A stretch of 64,000 nucleotides of DNA from Trypanosoma brucei (Eukaryota), in NCBI GenBank assembly GCA_000002445.1, contig CM000208.1:2848001-2912000 (forward strand). Reading direction: 5' to 3'. The first letter of the stretch is position 1. Each line of letters starts with the position of its first letter. Both the position numbers and the translations under genes were made by a program. Shown in pieces: positions 44,059 to 55,061 of this stretch. The notes beneath the pieces are model-generated. The model had not been told where the DNA came from. It searched no databases and worked only from the letters and a program-made list of their open reading frames with translations.

Positions 44059-44355
44059 ATGCAAAACTTCTCGACAGTATATCGGATACGGGTGGTGTAC
44101 ATTCCATTGTGTCTACTTTGCATTTAAAACATGTGCCTTTCAGTGAGCCCCTGTATCTTTTTGAGTGGTTTCAGACTTATCGGTTCGCTTGGTCTATGGC
44201 TTACCCCCTTTTTTTCCTCACACTGCATGATGCAACAACAATCCAGCACCTGAGTGCATACTGACACACGTGGAAGGAACGGGTTGACGAACATTTAGGA
44301 GGAGTGAAGGCTTCAGATACTGGGGTTTGTAGGCATTCCAGTGTTAAAAGTTAAT

Positions 44356-45468
44356 ATGCGTGCAACTGCGGACAAACACGTATCGTTCGCCTCTGAGCTC
44401 GTGACGGCGTCGTGGGCAACGGCAAACAGTAAGACACGTGAGAGGAATACCACTTCCCGTTGTGGTGAATATCCCACTGACGGGATGAGCCTTGCCCTGT
44501 TCCATTCGGGGTCACTAGCTCTTCAAGCAGTTGATTCTCTCCGTCTCGAGCTCGAACTACCGCTTGTTGCCCGGTATCGTGTGGTAAACTATCTTTGGCG
44601 GCATTGCTATCAAAGTTGGCAAGAAGAAAACGCGGCGACTCTTCCTCCACGGCCCGCCAGTGTGGAGCACTCAGTTGACGAATATCTGCGCATTTGTCGC
44701 TGCGACGGGGGCATGGCGGGCGCGATATCATCCACATCGTTAAAACTTGTGGACGGCATCACACTCCATCGACTTACATACCTTGCGGATGATGCAGGCC
44801 ACCTTCATCCGTACTCGAGGCGGCTGGATCCCGTCACGAGACCAATTGTTAGGTTTCTGAGGCAAACATGCACGTTGCAGTTGAGTCGCCGACAAAACAA
44901 TATTATTTGTTTGCTGCCAAAACTCGTGGAGATCATCATTATCCTCTGTTATAAACTGGAGCTTAGTGCCCAGAGGTATGGACAGTGGCGACTGCCACCG
45001 CGTCACCTCACTTCCGAGGGGCGCAACTACCGAAAAAAAGGCAGTGGGGGCAAAAGCGAGCGGGAAGGTGGCGACTTCAGCCTTTCCCGCCTTACACACA
45101 CCTGCAATTCTCGCAGTAGTGTGTCTCTTAGTTGGACAAGCCGCTGTACATGGTGGTTAGCCCGGGCGTGCCAGCGCGCATCAGCTCGACCCCATCGACT
45201 GTTTGCACATCTGAGAGCGCTGCTGTTAGATCCCGGGCCCATGTGTCACGTAAAGGCTGGTTACTTACAATTCCTTGCACTCCGCTTCTTTCCTGACCTT
45301 CCGTCCATTCAGTATCCCGTGGCCACGTTCCATCCAGAGACTTTTGTGTGGAAGTCGGAGGATGGAAGTGCTAATGGTTTGGAGGAGACGGGCAAAACTC
45401 ATACACTGCAGGAGTCTCTGAATCATAAGGTAAAATTAAAGATTTCCCCGCATTCTAACTCAAAATGA
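44356..45468 (+). CDS. Hypothetical protein (weak call)
   Basis: The track ORF 44341 starts at GTG; the first ATG gives MRATADKHVSF.... Complex composition but no motif recognised, so it could be UTR. Confidence 0.3.
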   Translation: MRATADKHVSFASELVTASWATANSKTRERNTTSRCGEYPTDGMSLALFHSGSLALQAVDSLRLELELPLVARYRVVNYLWRHCYQSWQEENAATLPPRPASVEHSVDEYLRICRCDGGMAGAISSTSLKLVDGITLHRLTYLADDAGHLHPYSRRLDPVTRPIVRFLRQTCTLQLSRRQNNIICLLPKLVEIIIILCYKLELSAQRYGQWRLPPRHLTSEGRNYRKKGSGGKSEREGGDFSLSRLTHTCNSRSSVSLSWTSRCTWWLARACQRASARPHRLFAHLRALLLDPGPMCHVKAGYLQFLALRFFPDLPSIQYPVATFHPETFVWKSEDGSANGLEETGKTHTLQESLNHKVKLKISPHSNSK

Positions 45469-45540
45469 AGACGGGGCTTTGATGGAATCTTCATTAGCTC
45501 TCACTTTGTAGTTCTCATCGTTTTAATACTCTTCTATGCA

Positions 45541-45566
45541 GTAATATATACATATATATATATATT
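45541..45566. repeat. (TA)n microsatellite
   Basis: atatatacatatatatatatat read directly. Confidence 0.8.
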
Positions 45567-45917
45567 TAAAAAAAATTTACCCATGTTCTGCCGGGTAAAT
45601 GTCGCTATCCTTCGTTTAGTTGGCACTCTGTATGTTTTGTGGGGGTAGCCGCGTGTAGTTTTATTTGTTTTATTTTCTCGCGTATATGGCTTACTGGTAC
45701 GTTTCATGTTTTTCGTTTTTTTGCATTGGTGTCGTCCAGTACTTAATTCATCATATTCATCTTATATTTTTCCTCGTTATTGTTCCTGAGGGTATTTTGC
45801 GGAGGAAAAGGGAAGGAAGCTACCTGTTACATACCCGTTTATTTTGCTTGGTTGCTTCTTTGATTTCCGTAACGTAAACTCCAATACTGTTGTTGTGAAG
45901 GTCCGTGCAGCGGAGTC

Positions 45918-46601
45918 ATGCGATCAGCCACTGAATATACAGATGGTCTGCTAGGGCTTCCAACTTCACCGCAACTAGCCACACATAAAGAAAGAAGTGG
46001 AGGCACTCAAGTAGGCTTGTGCCCGTGCTTCCGCATCGCAGCCGGCGAATTCATGCACATATATGCGATTTTAAAGGAGGAGCGACTTTCCTGGCGAGAC
46101 GATTTTTTTGACGTTAGTCAGCTTTCAGTACCGCGAAGTACGTCGGAAGTGCTTGAGAGGTTGAACCTCAACTTGCCCTTCTACGCGGCCAACTACATGA
46201 CGGTGTGCATTGTCGTGACGTCTCTTTTATTGTTTCTCAACCCTTATTTCCTCATCTTATTATGTTCCTTAGTTCTCCTACTGCGTGGTTTGTTTCTCCA
46301 CGGGAAATACCAAGGAAGACCTAACCATTGCATCTATATAGGTGGGGTGACTGTCTCGTATTATCGCCTTTTGATTGTGACGCTTTTCGTTCTTTTTTTA
46401 TTTCCTGTTGTTTGGAGTGGGATCCTTAACCTACTTTTTCTTTTGCTCGTAGGCGCCGCTCTTGTTCTTCCGCATGCGGTGTCGCGTCGGCCTGTGTACT
46501 TCCATGATGAGGAACTAGAGAAGCGACGACCAAAGGCTCTTCAATATGTGGTTGTCTTTCTGCTCCACTTTTTGAGTTACATGGAGAGCCCTAACAAGTG
46601 A
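45918..46601 (+). CDS. PRA1 (prenylated Rab acceptor / Yip3) family membrane protein
   Basis: 227 aa. LSWRDDFFDVSQLSVPRSTSEVLERLNLNLPFYAANY fits the PRA1 signature (RPWxEFF...P.s..E...R...NL.YF..NY); two long hydrophobic hairpins; HAVSRRP near the C-terminus. Confidence 0.6.
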   Translation: MRSATEYTDGLLGLPTSPQLATHKERSGGTQVGLCPCFRIAAGEFMHIYAILKEERLSWRDDFFDVSQLSVPRSTSEVLERLNLNLPFYAANYMTVCIVVTSLLLFLNPYFLILLCSLVLLLRGLFLHGKYQGRPNHCIYIGGVTVSYYRLLIVTLFVLFLFPVVWSGILNLLFLLLVGAALVLPHAVSRRPVYFHDEELEKRRPKALQYVVVFLLHFLSYMESPNK

Positions 46602-47192
46602 AAATTATTTCTCCAATTTCCTACCTATTGCTTTGTGTTTTTTGCTTTGTTCAATCGGTGGTGTGTCCTGATCGAAGAGTAACACTGCATGAAAACCTCA
46701 GCCCTACATTTTTTTTGCAAGTGATCGATAGCGGGACAGGCACTTTTATTGTTTTATAATGGGCAACGAGAAGTGCTACAAGATGCTGTGAGGGTAATCA
46801 GTGCCTGACTATGCTTTTTTACTACTCATGCTTCGGTACAGCTACGCAACGTCACAACACCTTCACCTTTTTCTTACATGTGCACACACGTGTTCGCTTA
46901 TTTACCCTATGAGGGGTTCATTTTATTCCTACACTTTGTACCACGCTCACACTTACGTGCGGCGTAACGGTTATTGAATTTTTTTTCTTGTTTATTGTTT
47001 CTTTGAGTGCATTTGCAACGTGCATGCGTTGATGTTGGAGTGTATGTGTATATGTTTGCGCGCATTCTGAAGTATGCAGGGTTTACTGCACGTTACGTCT
47101 TCCCTTCCTTGTCGTCGAGTGCATAACTCTGACGTAAACAAAAGCAAAAAAGAGTAGAGAACAAATAGAGTGGAATACACTGCCCCATTTCT

Positions 47193-49301
47193 ATGGGAAG
47201 AAATAAGTCCCATGCGCCGTACCTTGGGGTATTAGAAGATGGCCTCAACACATTACAGCGCATACAACAGTGGGGAGCTGCCGCAGAGCTGTTATACACC
47301 CCGAACAGCCTTGTGAGCAGCCCACAGAGCTCGAACGAACCGCACGCATTAACTGTGGCCCGTCAAATCGCTACCATCATGGCGCGACTGAATGAATTGT
47401 GTAGACGTGAAGCAGAGGTGCTCCTAACGCCCCGATTGGCTCTTCTAGAACTGGCGGACGTTATCCGTCACGGTCTTGTCTCCTTTCACCAAGAGGGTTT
47501 TAATGGCCAATTAGGCAATGCCGAGGTGCTGGCCAAGTACGTCGCCCATCGTACAGCTCCGCAGTGTGGCGTAATAGAAGGGTTACATGTTATCACATGG
47601 GTGAGCGTGAAACTACGCATAGAGTTGTTTATTGAGCAACTACGCAAACGGGTTGATGGGGAACTTGCAGCAGCGGAGGGTGGGGGCAGCCGCACTGAGC
47701 AGCAACTGTCTGCATTGCGCACCACACAGCTGCTGTTCAATGACTTTGAATCACTTTACGACAATCTCCTTGTTACTTTTCCGTGCGTTCAGTATGCGGA
47801 CACAATCCCTGAGGTGGGTGCGCAGCTGATGCCAATCCTCTTGAAACAATACTATCAAATTGCAGAGTGGGTGGAGCTGGTAGAGTCCAACAACGCGCTC
47901 CCTCCCTTAACCGAGACGAGAGTGCAGTCCGTTGACGCGGAATCTTCATCCTTCGTGGTACGCCGTCAAAACCCAGAGGCACCTTTGGGTCTCGTCTTCA
48001 ATGAATGTGGCCGCATAGTTGAAATAGATCCTTCCGTCCGCAGTGCATCGGCATCTGGGGAAGAGCTGCATCGGCTCCTGCGGTGCAGCGAAAAGGGGGC
48101 AGTGGTAGTCGCAGTCAATGGAAAACCAATACCGCGCTCCCCACCGAGCAAACCATCAAAGGTGCTGGAAATGGTTCACGATGCCGTGAAGAAGAACAAG
48201 CGGGTTGTCGTGAAAGTGGCCAAGGAGCTATTTAAACAACCAAAAGTTCATCAGTTAGCGTTTATAATGCCAAACCAGGGAGGTGAAGGCTCTTCCGGCC
48301 AGCGCGCCACACTAGTGCTTCACCGTAGTGACCGGCTCACTCCTTGGGGTTGCCAATTTGATCAAGACTTAATTATAAACAAGATCCCCAGGCGGGAATT
48401 ATCCGAGGATGCTAAGAATTTCTTCACAGAGTACAGTGACCGAGTGAGCATCACGGCTGTGAACGGTGTTGAAGTGACGACGGTGGCTCAGGCGCAAGCG
48501 CTTTGCTCTGACACAGAGACTGCGGTATTAAGCCTTGTGGTCGTTACACCTGCAATGGCCCAGCAGCGAAAGAACCGCACCACGAGACAGGACACGTCGG
48601 TAACCTTGACCCCACAACAGATTGAACAGCTTCAAGAGACGCCGCTAGTTCCTGAACAGAAAACTCTACCTCCTCTGAATCAAGCCCCGGCGGAATTGTT
48701 GGAAAGCGACAGTGTCGTTGATGGCAATCTCGATGCAGCTCTGCTCTCAACCTCTATGGAAGACACCGGTGAGGTGGAGGATGTAACCCATGAACCCCAT
48801 TCACAGGTGGAGGAAGTGGACATGAACACGTATCAGCGCGTGGCAATTGATGTACACCACGGGGAAGATTTGGAACAGGAAGAGCGGCAGAAACAACAGC
48901 ACCTGGAGAGTGAAAGGCATCTCGAACCATCAGGCTTAGAAGGGTCAACGGATGCAGATGCTCCAGGTCCACTCGTTTTTCCCAACGATGTTGCCATCGA
49001 TCTGCTTACTCCGTCAGAGATGGTAATCCGGCGGCCATCCACAGAAGATAGATGGGGTCTCGTGCTTAACAAAATTGGAACAAGCTCAGGGGATGCACTG
49101 CGTGTCTTACAGCTTCCGGAGCTCCCGCCAAAGGGCGACACTAGGCGAAAGCATCCGTTTTACAAGACGTTCAAAAATCCATCCGTACCGACGGAGTGGC
49201 GCATCGAGAGCGTCAACAACACGCCAGTTTCAAAGGCAGCAGACATACTTGAAATAATGCGAAAATCTCTCAAGCTGAGTATTAAGTTTTTCAAGCTTTG
49301 A
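47193..49301 (+). CDS. Hypothetical protein with possible PDZ-like segments
   Basis: 702-aa ATG ORF with complex composition. GLVFNECGRIVEIDPS...AVVVAVNGKPI and WGLVLNKIGTSSGDALRVLQL...WRIESVNNTPV resemble PDZ beta-strand patterns; this is a low-confidence domain guess. Confidence 0.6.
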   Translation: MGRNKSHAPYLGVLEDGLNTLQRIQQWGAAAELLYTPNSLVSSPQSSNEPHALTVARQIATIMARLNELCRREAEVLLTPRLALLELADVIRHGLVSFHQEGFNGQLGNAEVLAKYVAHRTAPQCGVIEGLHVITWVSVKLRIELFIEQLRKRVDGELAAAEGGGSRTEQQLSALRTTQLLFNDFESLYDNLLVTFPCVQYADTIPEVGAQLMPILLKQYYQIAEWVELVESNNALPPLTETRVQSVDAESSSFVVRRQNPEAPLGLVFNECGRIVEIDPSVRSASASGEELHRLLRCSEKGAVVVAVNGKPIPRSPPSKPSKVLEMVHDAVKKNKRVVVKVAKELFKQPKVHQLAFIMPNQGGEGSSGQRATLVLHRSDRLTPWGCQFDQDLIINKIPRRELSEDAKNFFTEYSDRVSITAVNGVEVTTVAQAQALCSDTETAVLSLVVVTPAMAQQRKNRTTRQDTSVTLTPQQIEQLQETPLVPEQKTLPPLNQAPAELLESDSVVDGNLDAALLSTSMEDTGEVEDVTHEPHSQVEEVDMNTYQRVAIDVHHGEDLEQEERQKQQHLESERHLEPSGLEGSTDADAPGPLVFPNDVAIDLLTPSEMVIRRPSTEDRWGLVLNKIGTSSGDALRVLQLPELPPKGDTRRKHPFYKTFKNPSVPTEWRIESVNNTPVSKAADILEIMRKSLKLSIKFFKL

Positions 49302-49991
49302 TAGACATGGGTATGAAGGGCAGGTTATGCACTTGCAAGGATTTCCCATATTTCCTTCCCCTCCTCCCGTCTTCTCATTTTTTTTTTGTTGAGACAGAAG
49401 ACGGGTTCGCACACCAGCGCGTATAAGAGTACCATCGTATGTATGCATCTACACACATGGCACTACATATCCTCACGAACATGCGTATACCTGCGTGTGG
49501 ATTTGTGCCTGTAGGGAGACATCATTTAGAGTGTAGTGGGAAATACCCAGATATCCCAATAGATGTAAATGGGGGAGGGGGGTGAAGGTGGTACCTTGGC
49601 CCAAATGAAGGGGTCACGCGCACTTTGCGAAGTACAACAGCAGGACTCGGGTTTATTTTTTCCGTGCTTAATCTCTCTCCAATTAGAATACGTATAGAAG
49701 TGCGCATACCAGCCTGTTTTAAGGCTTGGGCACGCCACAAGAGTGCTTGTATACCTATATCATTTTACGTCCCACTCTCCATATTTTTTTTAACTGATGC
49801 CATGTACTCATTTCAGTGTACTGATTCCACCCGCGCCGCTATGGGCCTGATTCGAATGGCTCACCTTGTTGATTGTTTTTTTTTTGTATGCAACTTCCTA
49901 GAGCACTTTAATCTATCGCTTGTTCAAAAGGGTAGTAAAATATTTTCGTATTGCGGCTTAGCACACACACACACAACTATTGGCCGAAGCA

Positions 49992-50630
49992 ATGACAGAT
50001 AAGGATGGTGGCACTGAGATGTCGTTTGTAGACGGTGCAACTGAAGGGCAAACAGCCGGTTTCGCCGATGCACCCACCAGCAACCCCATGGGTAACGCCG
50101 CAATGATTGACCCTCAATCCTTCGTCAGTAAGGCGTGGGGTTTCGTAAGATTTCCTGCTGAAGCCGTGAGGCAGCAGCTCAATCGCGTGCGTCCGTGGAG
50201 CCAATTCTTCGACAGGGAACAATTTGCCTCGCCAGAAGGGTTTGGTGATGCGGTCTCGCGACTTCGCTGCAACGTGGTGCACTTCTATCACAACTATTTC
50301 GTCGTGGCGCTACTCGGATCATTAATTGTCCTGATAGTCAATCCAATGTTTAGTATATGCATGTTTCTCATGCTGCTAATGTGGGCATACACTCACAAAA
50401 AGCAGATGGAGGCGGCGGAGACAAATGTGAACCACTTGTTGATAGGAAACTACGAGATTTCGTTTTCCAAGGCGTATATTCTCATTAGCATTTTTGGCAT
50501 AATATCCTTTTTCTTGTTTAACGGCAGTTCTGTTATGTTCTGGATGTTTTTTGCTTCATTAGGCGTTGCAACCGTACATGCGGTGTTACGCAAACCCCAT
50601 TCGGAGAATGAATTGGCCCATTTTGTGTAG
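49992..50630 (+). CDS. Second PRA1-family (Yip3-like) membrane protein, a diverged paralog of the gene at 45918
   Basis: The track ORF 49980 starts at TTG; the ATG gives MTDKDGG.... It carries the canonical PRA1 signature VRPWSQFFDREQFASPEGFGDAVSRLRCNVVHFYHNYF, two hydrophobic hairpins, and HAVLRKP at the C-terminus. Confidence 0.65.
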   Translation: MTDKDGGTEMSFVDGATEGQTAGFADAPTSNPMGNAAMIDPQSFVSKAWGFVRFPAEAVRQQLNRVRPWSQFFDREQFASPEGFGDAVSRLRCNVVHFYHNYFVVALLGSLIVLIVNPMFSICMFLMLLMWAYTHKKQMEAAETNVNHLLIGNYEISFSKAYILISIFGIISFFLFNGSSVMFWMFFASLGVATVHAVLRKPHSENELAHFV

Positions 50631-51412
50631 GAAATTGGAGTAGGGGAAACGTGTGCGTGTGGCTCCCGATATCGTTGTGGTCATTCATTAAGAAATAAGG
50701 CCTGCATGTTCAACAGATGCTGGGTGAAGGAAAGAAAGGCGGAAATTGCAATAAGGATAGAGGCCCTAAGATCGTGAATTTTTTTTTTAAAAAAAGCGAA
50801 AATTGGAGAGTGGTGGACTGTAGACGGGCACCGTTCTTTGCAACTTGGCATGCACGTAGAAGAGCAAAGTCGTGAAAATTGAACTGATGACATTGTGAGG
50901 CGCATGTTCTACCTCTAATGGTGGAGAAAAAATGGTTGTGAGGGAAAGAAACGGTTATGAGAGACGACCTGCTTGTAGTCTTTATCTTGTGGGGGGTTTC
51001 CTGTGTTGTGGTATGCGTACAGGGGGAAAATAAGGTGCACCTTAGGAAAGTTGAAGGCATGGAGAATTTAACTGCCCCGGGTGAACGCCATGAACTCTAT
51101 CACCTCTTCAGTGAGACTTCGAGAGAATTTTTTCTCCGATGGTTGTGTATGTGTGTGGGTTGATTTCTTGAAATGTATATGTACTCCTTTTGACTGCATT
51201 TTTCAGAAATCTATGTGCGCTGGCGGATTGCATACAAATAGAGCTGTTGTTACCGTTTGTATGAAAAGGGGAAGCTGACGCTGGGCTGGTATATCTTTTT
51301 GGTGTCGTTTTTTTTTTTCAAAAATTTTCAGCGTTCTTGTTGATATGTTCCCTTTCCTCCCACCATTGCGGCCATATGTACAAACATATACACGCGTCAC
51401 TAAAAAAGAGAG

Positions 51413-52090
51413 ATGACAGCACTGGTGGTCCAGCGGTTTCGCGAGTGCCAGAATTTATTGGACTCAGTGGTGACTAACCTCTGTGCCATTGAAAACTTTA
51501 CCTCGCAGCGTTCCACCGTGGAAGAGGCCGCATGGCGGCTCCGCTCCTCCACGTCCGTCCGGGATGCCGCGGTACCGCTTTGCTGCACGGACCCATTGGG
51601 GATGTTAGCCGTTTTCCCCGAGTCTGCTGTGGAGTTAATCATCGCTCAACATGATGATGATATGGCTGCTCTACTTCGCTCTTTGAACAGCACTCAACAG
51701 ATGTGGGGGAAGAAGTTGCAGCAGGCTAAAGAGGCACTGCAGTCGGGAGAAAGTGGGAAGGCCAAGGATGCGAATGTAGCAGACAAACAGAGGGACGTGT
51801 CACAAGTTATATGCACACGTAGTTTCATAGCAGTGCTGTCGCAGATGCATGGGTGGCTGAGAGCGCTTATTTTAGCCCTAAGAGCCGACTTGGCAAATCC
51901 ACCGCGAGCGGTAAAACTCTCGGAATTTTTGTCAGCTCACGACCCGCCATTGAAAAGCGATATTACCCCTGTTGTAATTGTGTCTCTAGAAGCAGCACTG
52001 GGACAACTACCGGATAGGGTGAGGCGTGAGTGGGAGTTATGTACTTCGCAGCACATGGTTGATGAGGCATGGGTGATGCTACTGAGTTGA
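51413..52090 (+). CDS. Hypothetical protein
   Basis: 225-aa ATG ORF, complex composition, no motif recognised. Confidence 0.45.
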   Translation: MTALVVQRFRECQNLLDSVVTNLCAIENFTSQRSTVEEAAWRLRSSTSVRDAAVPLCCTDPLGMLAVFPESAVELIIAQHDDDMAALLRSLNSTQQMWGKKLQQAKEALQSGESGKAKDANVADKQRDVSQVICTRSFIAVLSQMHGWLRALILALRADLANPPRAVKLSEFLSAHDPPLKSDITPVVIVSLEAALGQLPDRVRREWELCTSQHMVDEAWVMLLS

Positions 52091-52478
52091 AATCCGACGC
52101 GCTTAGATTTCAGCTCACATCGAGTTGTGACCGGTGAGGTAAGAGGGAGTGACTTTACATGGAAACCTTGTAAGACGGTTTGTTGCTTGACTTGCTGCTT
52201 ATTGCCTTTATTTCGTCTTCACAGCACTACTGAATTCCCGGACACCCATTACGTGCAAAGGGGTTGAACATGGAGCAAAATAAAGAGGGGGGAACATTAC
52301 ATTGGTGGTGCGCCACTCGTGTCCTCAGTAACCCTCTTTGTTGCGAGCATGGAGTGGGGAGGCGGATTCATGTTTTGTTTGAAAACGTAAAAAAAAAACT
52401 CTCTCTCCGCCACCTAAAACCTTTATATTGCGAAGGGACATAGACACACACACTCTTTGTGAAAAGACGCCTTTAATT

Positions 52479-53219
52479 ATGGTTCACCGTCAAGATGGAG
52501 CAGTCGTGCACTGCTCGAGAGAAACCGGCAGACTAAGCGCCATTATCGCACCTTCCATCCTTGCTTCGGACTTCGCCCAGCTCTTAAGTGAGTGCCAAAG
52601 TGTTTTGTCACCTGAGGGTGGAGCAGCAGATTGGCTTCATGTGGATGTTATGGATGGACACTTTGTCCCCAACATTTCTATAGGTATGTGTGTTGTTCAG
52701 TCGTTGCGCAGCCACCTGCAAGATGTCTTCTTGGATGTTCACTGCATGGTCAGCGACCCCGATCGTTGGGTTGAAGAAATGGCGAAAGCTGGTGCCACGC
52801 AAATGACATTTCACGTTGAAGCGGTAGCAGACCCCAAGGCTGTCGCCCGTCACATACGTGCTGCAGGTATGTTGTGTGGTGTAGCGTTGAAACCAAAGAC
52901 GCCCGTAAGCTCTGTTTTGAACCTTGTAGAAGAGCAGCTGATCGACATGGTATTGGTCATGACGGTGGAGCCGGGTTTTGGCGGTCAGTCTTTCATGCAA
53001 GACATGATGCCGAAGGTGGAAGAGCTTCGTGCAAGGTTTCCGTGTTTGAATATACAAGTGGATGGAGGAATTGGACCAGGAACAATCGATGCGCCTGCGA
53101 GGGCTGGGGCGAATGTAATTGTGGCGGGAACATCTATTTTCAGGGCAGACTCAAGGAAGGAGGCCACAGAAAGCATGCGACGCGTCGTGCAGGGTTATCT
53201 GGGATCCACAACGAGTTAG
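52479..53219 (+). CDS. RPE: Ribulose-phosphate 3-epimerase
   Basis: The track ORF 52428 starts at TTG; the first ATG gives MVHRQDG.... Canonical RPE blocks are present: IIAPSILASDF, HVDVMDGHFVPNIS, VFLDVHCMV, TFHVEA, GVALKPKTP, MTVEPGFGGQSFM, QVDGGIGPGTI. Confidence 0.9.
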   Translation: MVHRQDGAVVHCSRETGRLSAIIAPSILASDFAQLLSECQSVLSPEGGAADWLHVDVMDGHFVPNISIGMCVVQSLRSHLQDVFLDVHCMVSDPDRWVEEMAKAGATQMTFHVEAVADPKAVARHIRAAGMLCGVALKPKTPVSSVLNLVEEQLIDMVLVMTVEPGFGGQSFMQDMMPKVEELRARFPCLNIQVDGGIGPGTIDAPARAGANVIVAGTSIFRADSRKEATESMRRVVQGYLGSTTS

Positions 53220-53614
53220 TTGGCAGTGGGCGAGTAACAATCATGCATTTTAGGATAAAACGAAGCTCGCGGGGAGATTAGTGAGAGTAGGGACTACTTA
53301 ACTACAGAGAGCGTTTACGTATTATCGGTGTCTAAGGCGATACGTGTTTATTGATGAATTATTTATATGTATGAGCGAACGAATGTTAGCGTTTCTGTAG
53401 ATATATTAACACTTAACAACCAAACCGAAGCGCGTCCTTTGGGTAAAGTATCATCATGAAATTAACATATCCTGTTGCTTTTTGAAAAAGCTTTGACTCG
53501 CGCTCTCAAAAAAAAAAAACAAATAAATGTGTCAACGAAGCATTGTTTTCTTATGTTTATTGTTATGAACTGCTCCAGTGCAGTACGGAGAGGAAGTAAC
53601 GTTGTCTCGTCTCT

Positions 53615-54724
53615 ATGAGAAAGGGAATATTTTCTCACATCATCGATAGGATCGCCGGGGTTCCACACAGGAGCGTTGCCGCAATTCCATATGGGCAGTG
53701 GTTTAGTCTCTATGTGCAGTGTTTGAAGGCTCATCAGCGAAACACTGCAGCAGGGAGAGATGCCAATGAGCTGAAGGTTGCACGCCAAAACCTGGATGTG
53801 TCGCTTCTTAGCAGCGTGGTATCGCAGAAGTGGACTGAAGTCATTGTTCCGAGTGACGATAAGTGTGATGCTCGTCAACCGCGATCATCAGTCGGAAACG
53901 TGTTGTGGTGGCACGAGAGCGCTGAGGGTGCATGGCTCAGCTCCAACAATAAAATCCGTGGTTTGGAACTGGTAACTACGTCATTTTTGCTTGAGCCTCT
54001 TCTTGCAGGTCGCTCCATCGCTGCATGGACAGAGACAGTGCAACAATCAAGTGCCGCCGGTGGTCCGCTAATGCAGAATGACAAAGGGCAACCGAGTTTG
54101 TCACCTAACAAGAGTGGAGTGTTGGTAGTAGTGGTGCCGTTCTCAACTCTCTTCCAACTACGTGCCGAAGCTTACCCACGCGCACATACAGCGTCAGCAG
54201 ACGGGGAGAACACCCAGCAGAGGCAGTTATCCCTTCAGGAACGCAGAGCGCGCGTGGCCGTATTAAATTCCCTGCATCAACTTATGGAGCTGCAGTGCAA
54301 CAGCAACAACCGTTGGACAAATGTGGAATTTGCAATATGGAGTCCTGTGTCTGAGTTCGACGCGATAATGCATATATCGCAGGTACGCCTAAGTCTTCCA
54401 GATGCAGCGAAAAAACGCATCACACTGGAGACTGTATGCGAGTGCGAGGCCACTCGCTCTGCATACCTGGCGCATTACTTGACCCTTACAAAGAAAAATG
54501 TGCCCCTCGCGGTGCTCGCGCCTCAATCTCGGCAAACAGAACTGCAGCAGGTGCCTATCACGAACAGCTGTGTCAGGGCGCAATCGGCCTGTGAATCGGA
54601 AGTGAGACGACAGGGCCATTTGAAGAGGAGCACTGTGCACAGACAAGCGGTCACTGGATGTAGCGAACTAGTCAGACGTATGGCAACGCGTGAGGAGAAC
54701 CTACGGCAGATTATGATCCCTTGA
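53615..54724 (+). CDS. Hypothetical protein
   Basis: 369-aa ATG ORF, complex composition, no motif recognised. Confidence 0.5.
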   Translation: MRKGIFSHIIDRIAGVPHRSVAAIPYGQWFSLYVQCLKAHQRNTAAGRDANELKVARQNLDVSLLSSVVSQKWTEVIVPSDDKCDARQPRSSVGNVLWWHESAEGAWLSSNNKIRGLELVTTSFLLEPLLAGRSIAAWTETVQQSSAAGGPLMQNDKGQPSLSPNKSGVLVVVVPFSTLFQLRAEAYPRAHTASADGENTQQRQLSLQERRARVAVLNSLHQLMELQCNSNNRWTNVEFAIWSPVSEFDAIMHISQVRLSLPDAAKKRITLETVCECEATRSAYLAHYLTLTKKNVPLAVLAPQSRQTELQQVPITNSCVRAQSACESEVRRQGHLKRSTVHRQAVTGCSELVRRMATREENLRQIMIP

Positions 54725-55061
54725 CTTTGTTCATGGTCTCTATGCTTATTGTCTTCCACGGTTCATCACCTTCATTGTTCAATTCATGGGAAAGCAATTT
54801 GGGGAGGGGGATTGTGCGAATTGCGACTTTGAAACTTCTATTTCTCCTCTTGCGAGTCACTGTGTTGGTGGGAAATGGAAGGATAATTCTCTCTTATGCT
54901 GTGTCACCCGTCTCAACTATAATTTCCCCGTTGCCACAAGTTCTTCCCTTTGTTGCACCCACTCACGGGTCCTCTTGTCAGTGTGGCATGCTGGAAACCG
55001 TTGTGAAGGTAGCGGAAGGCATTGAGTTTTAGAACGTGAGTGAGGCAGTTAGCCAGCTGGC

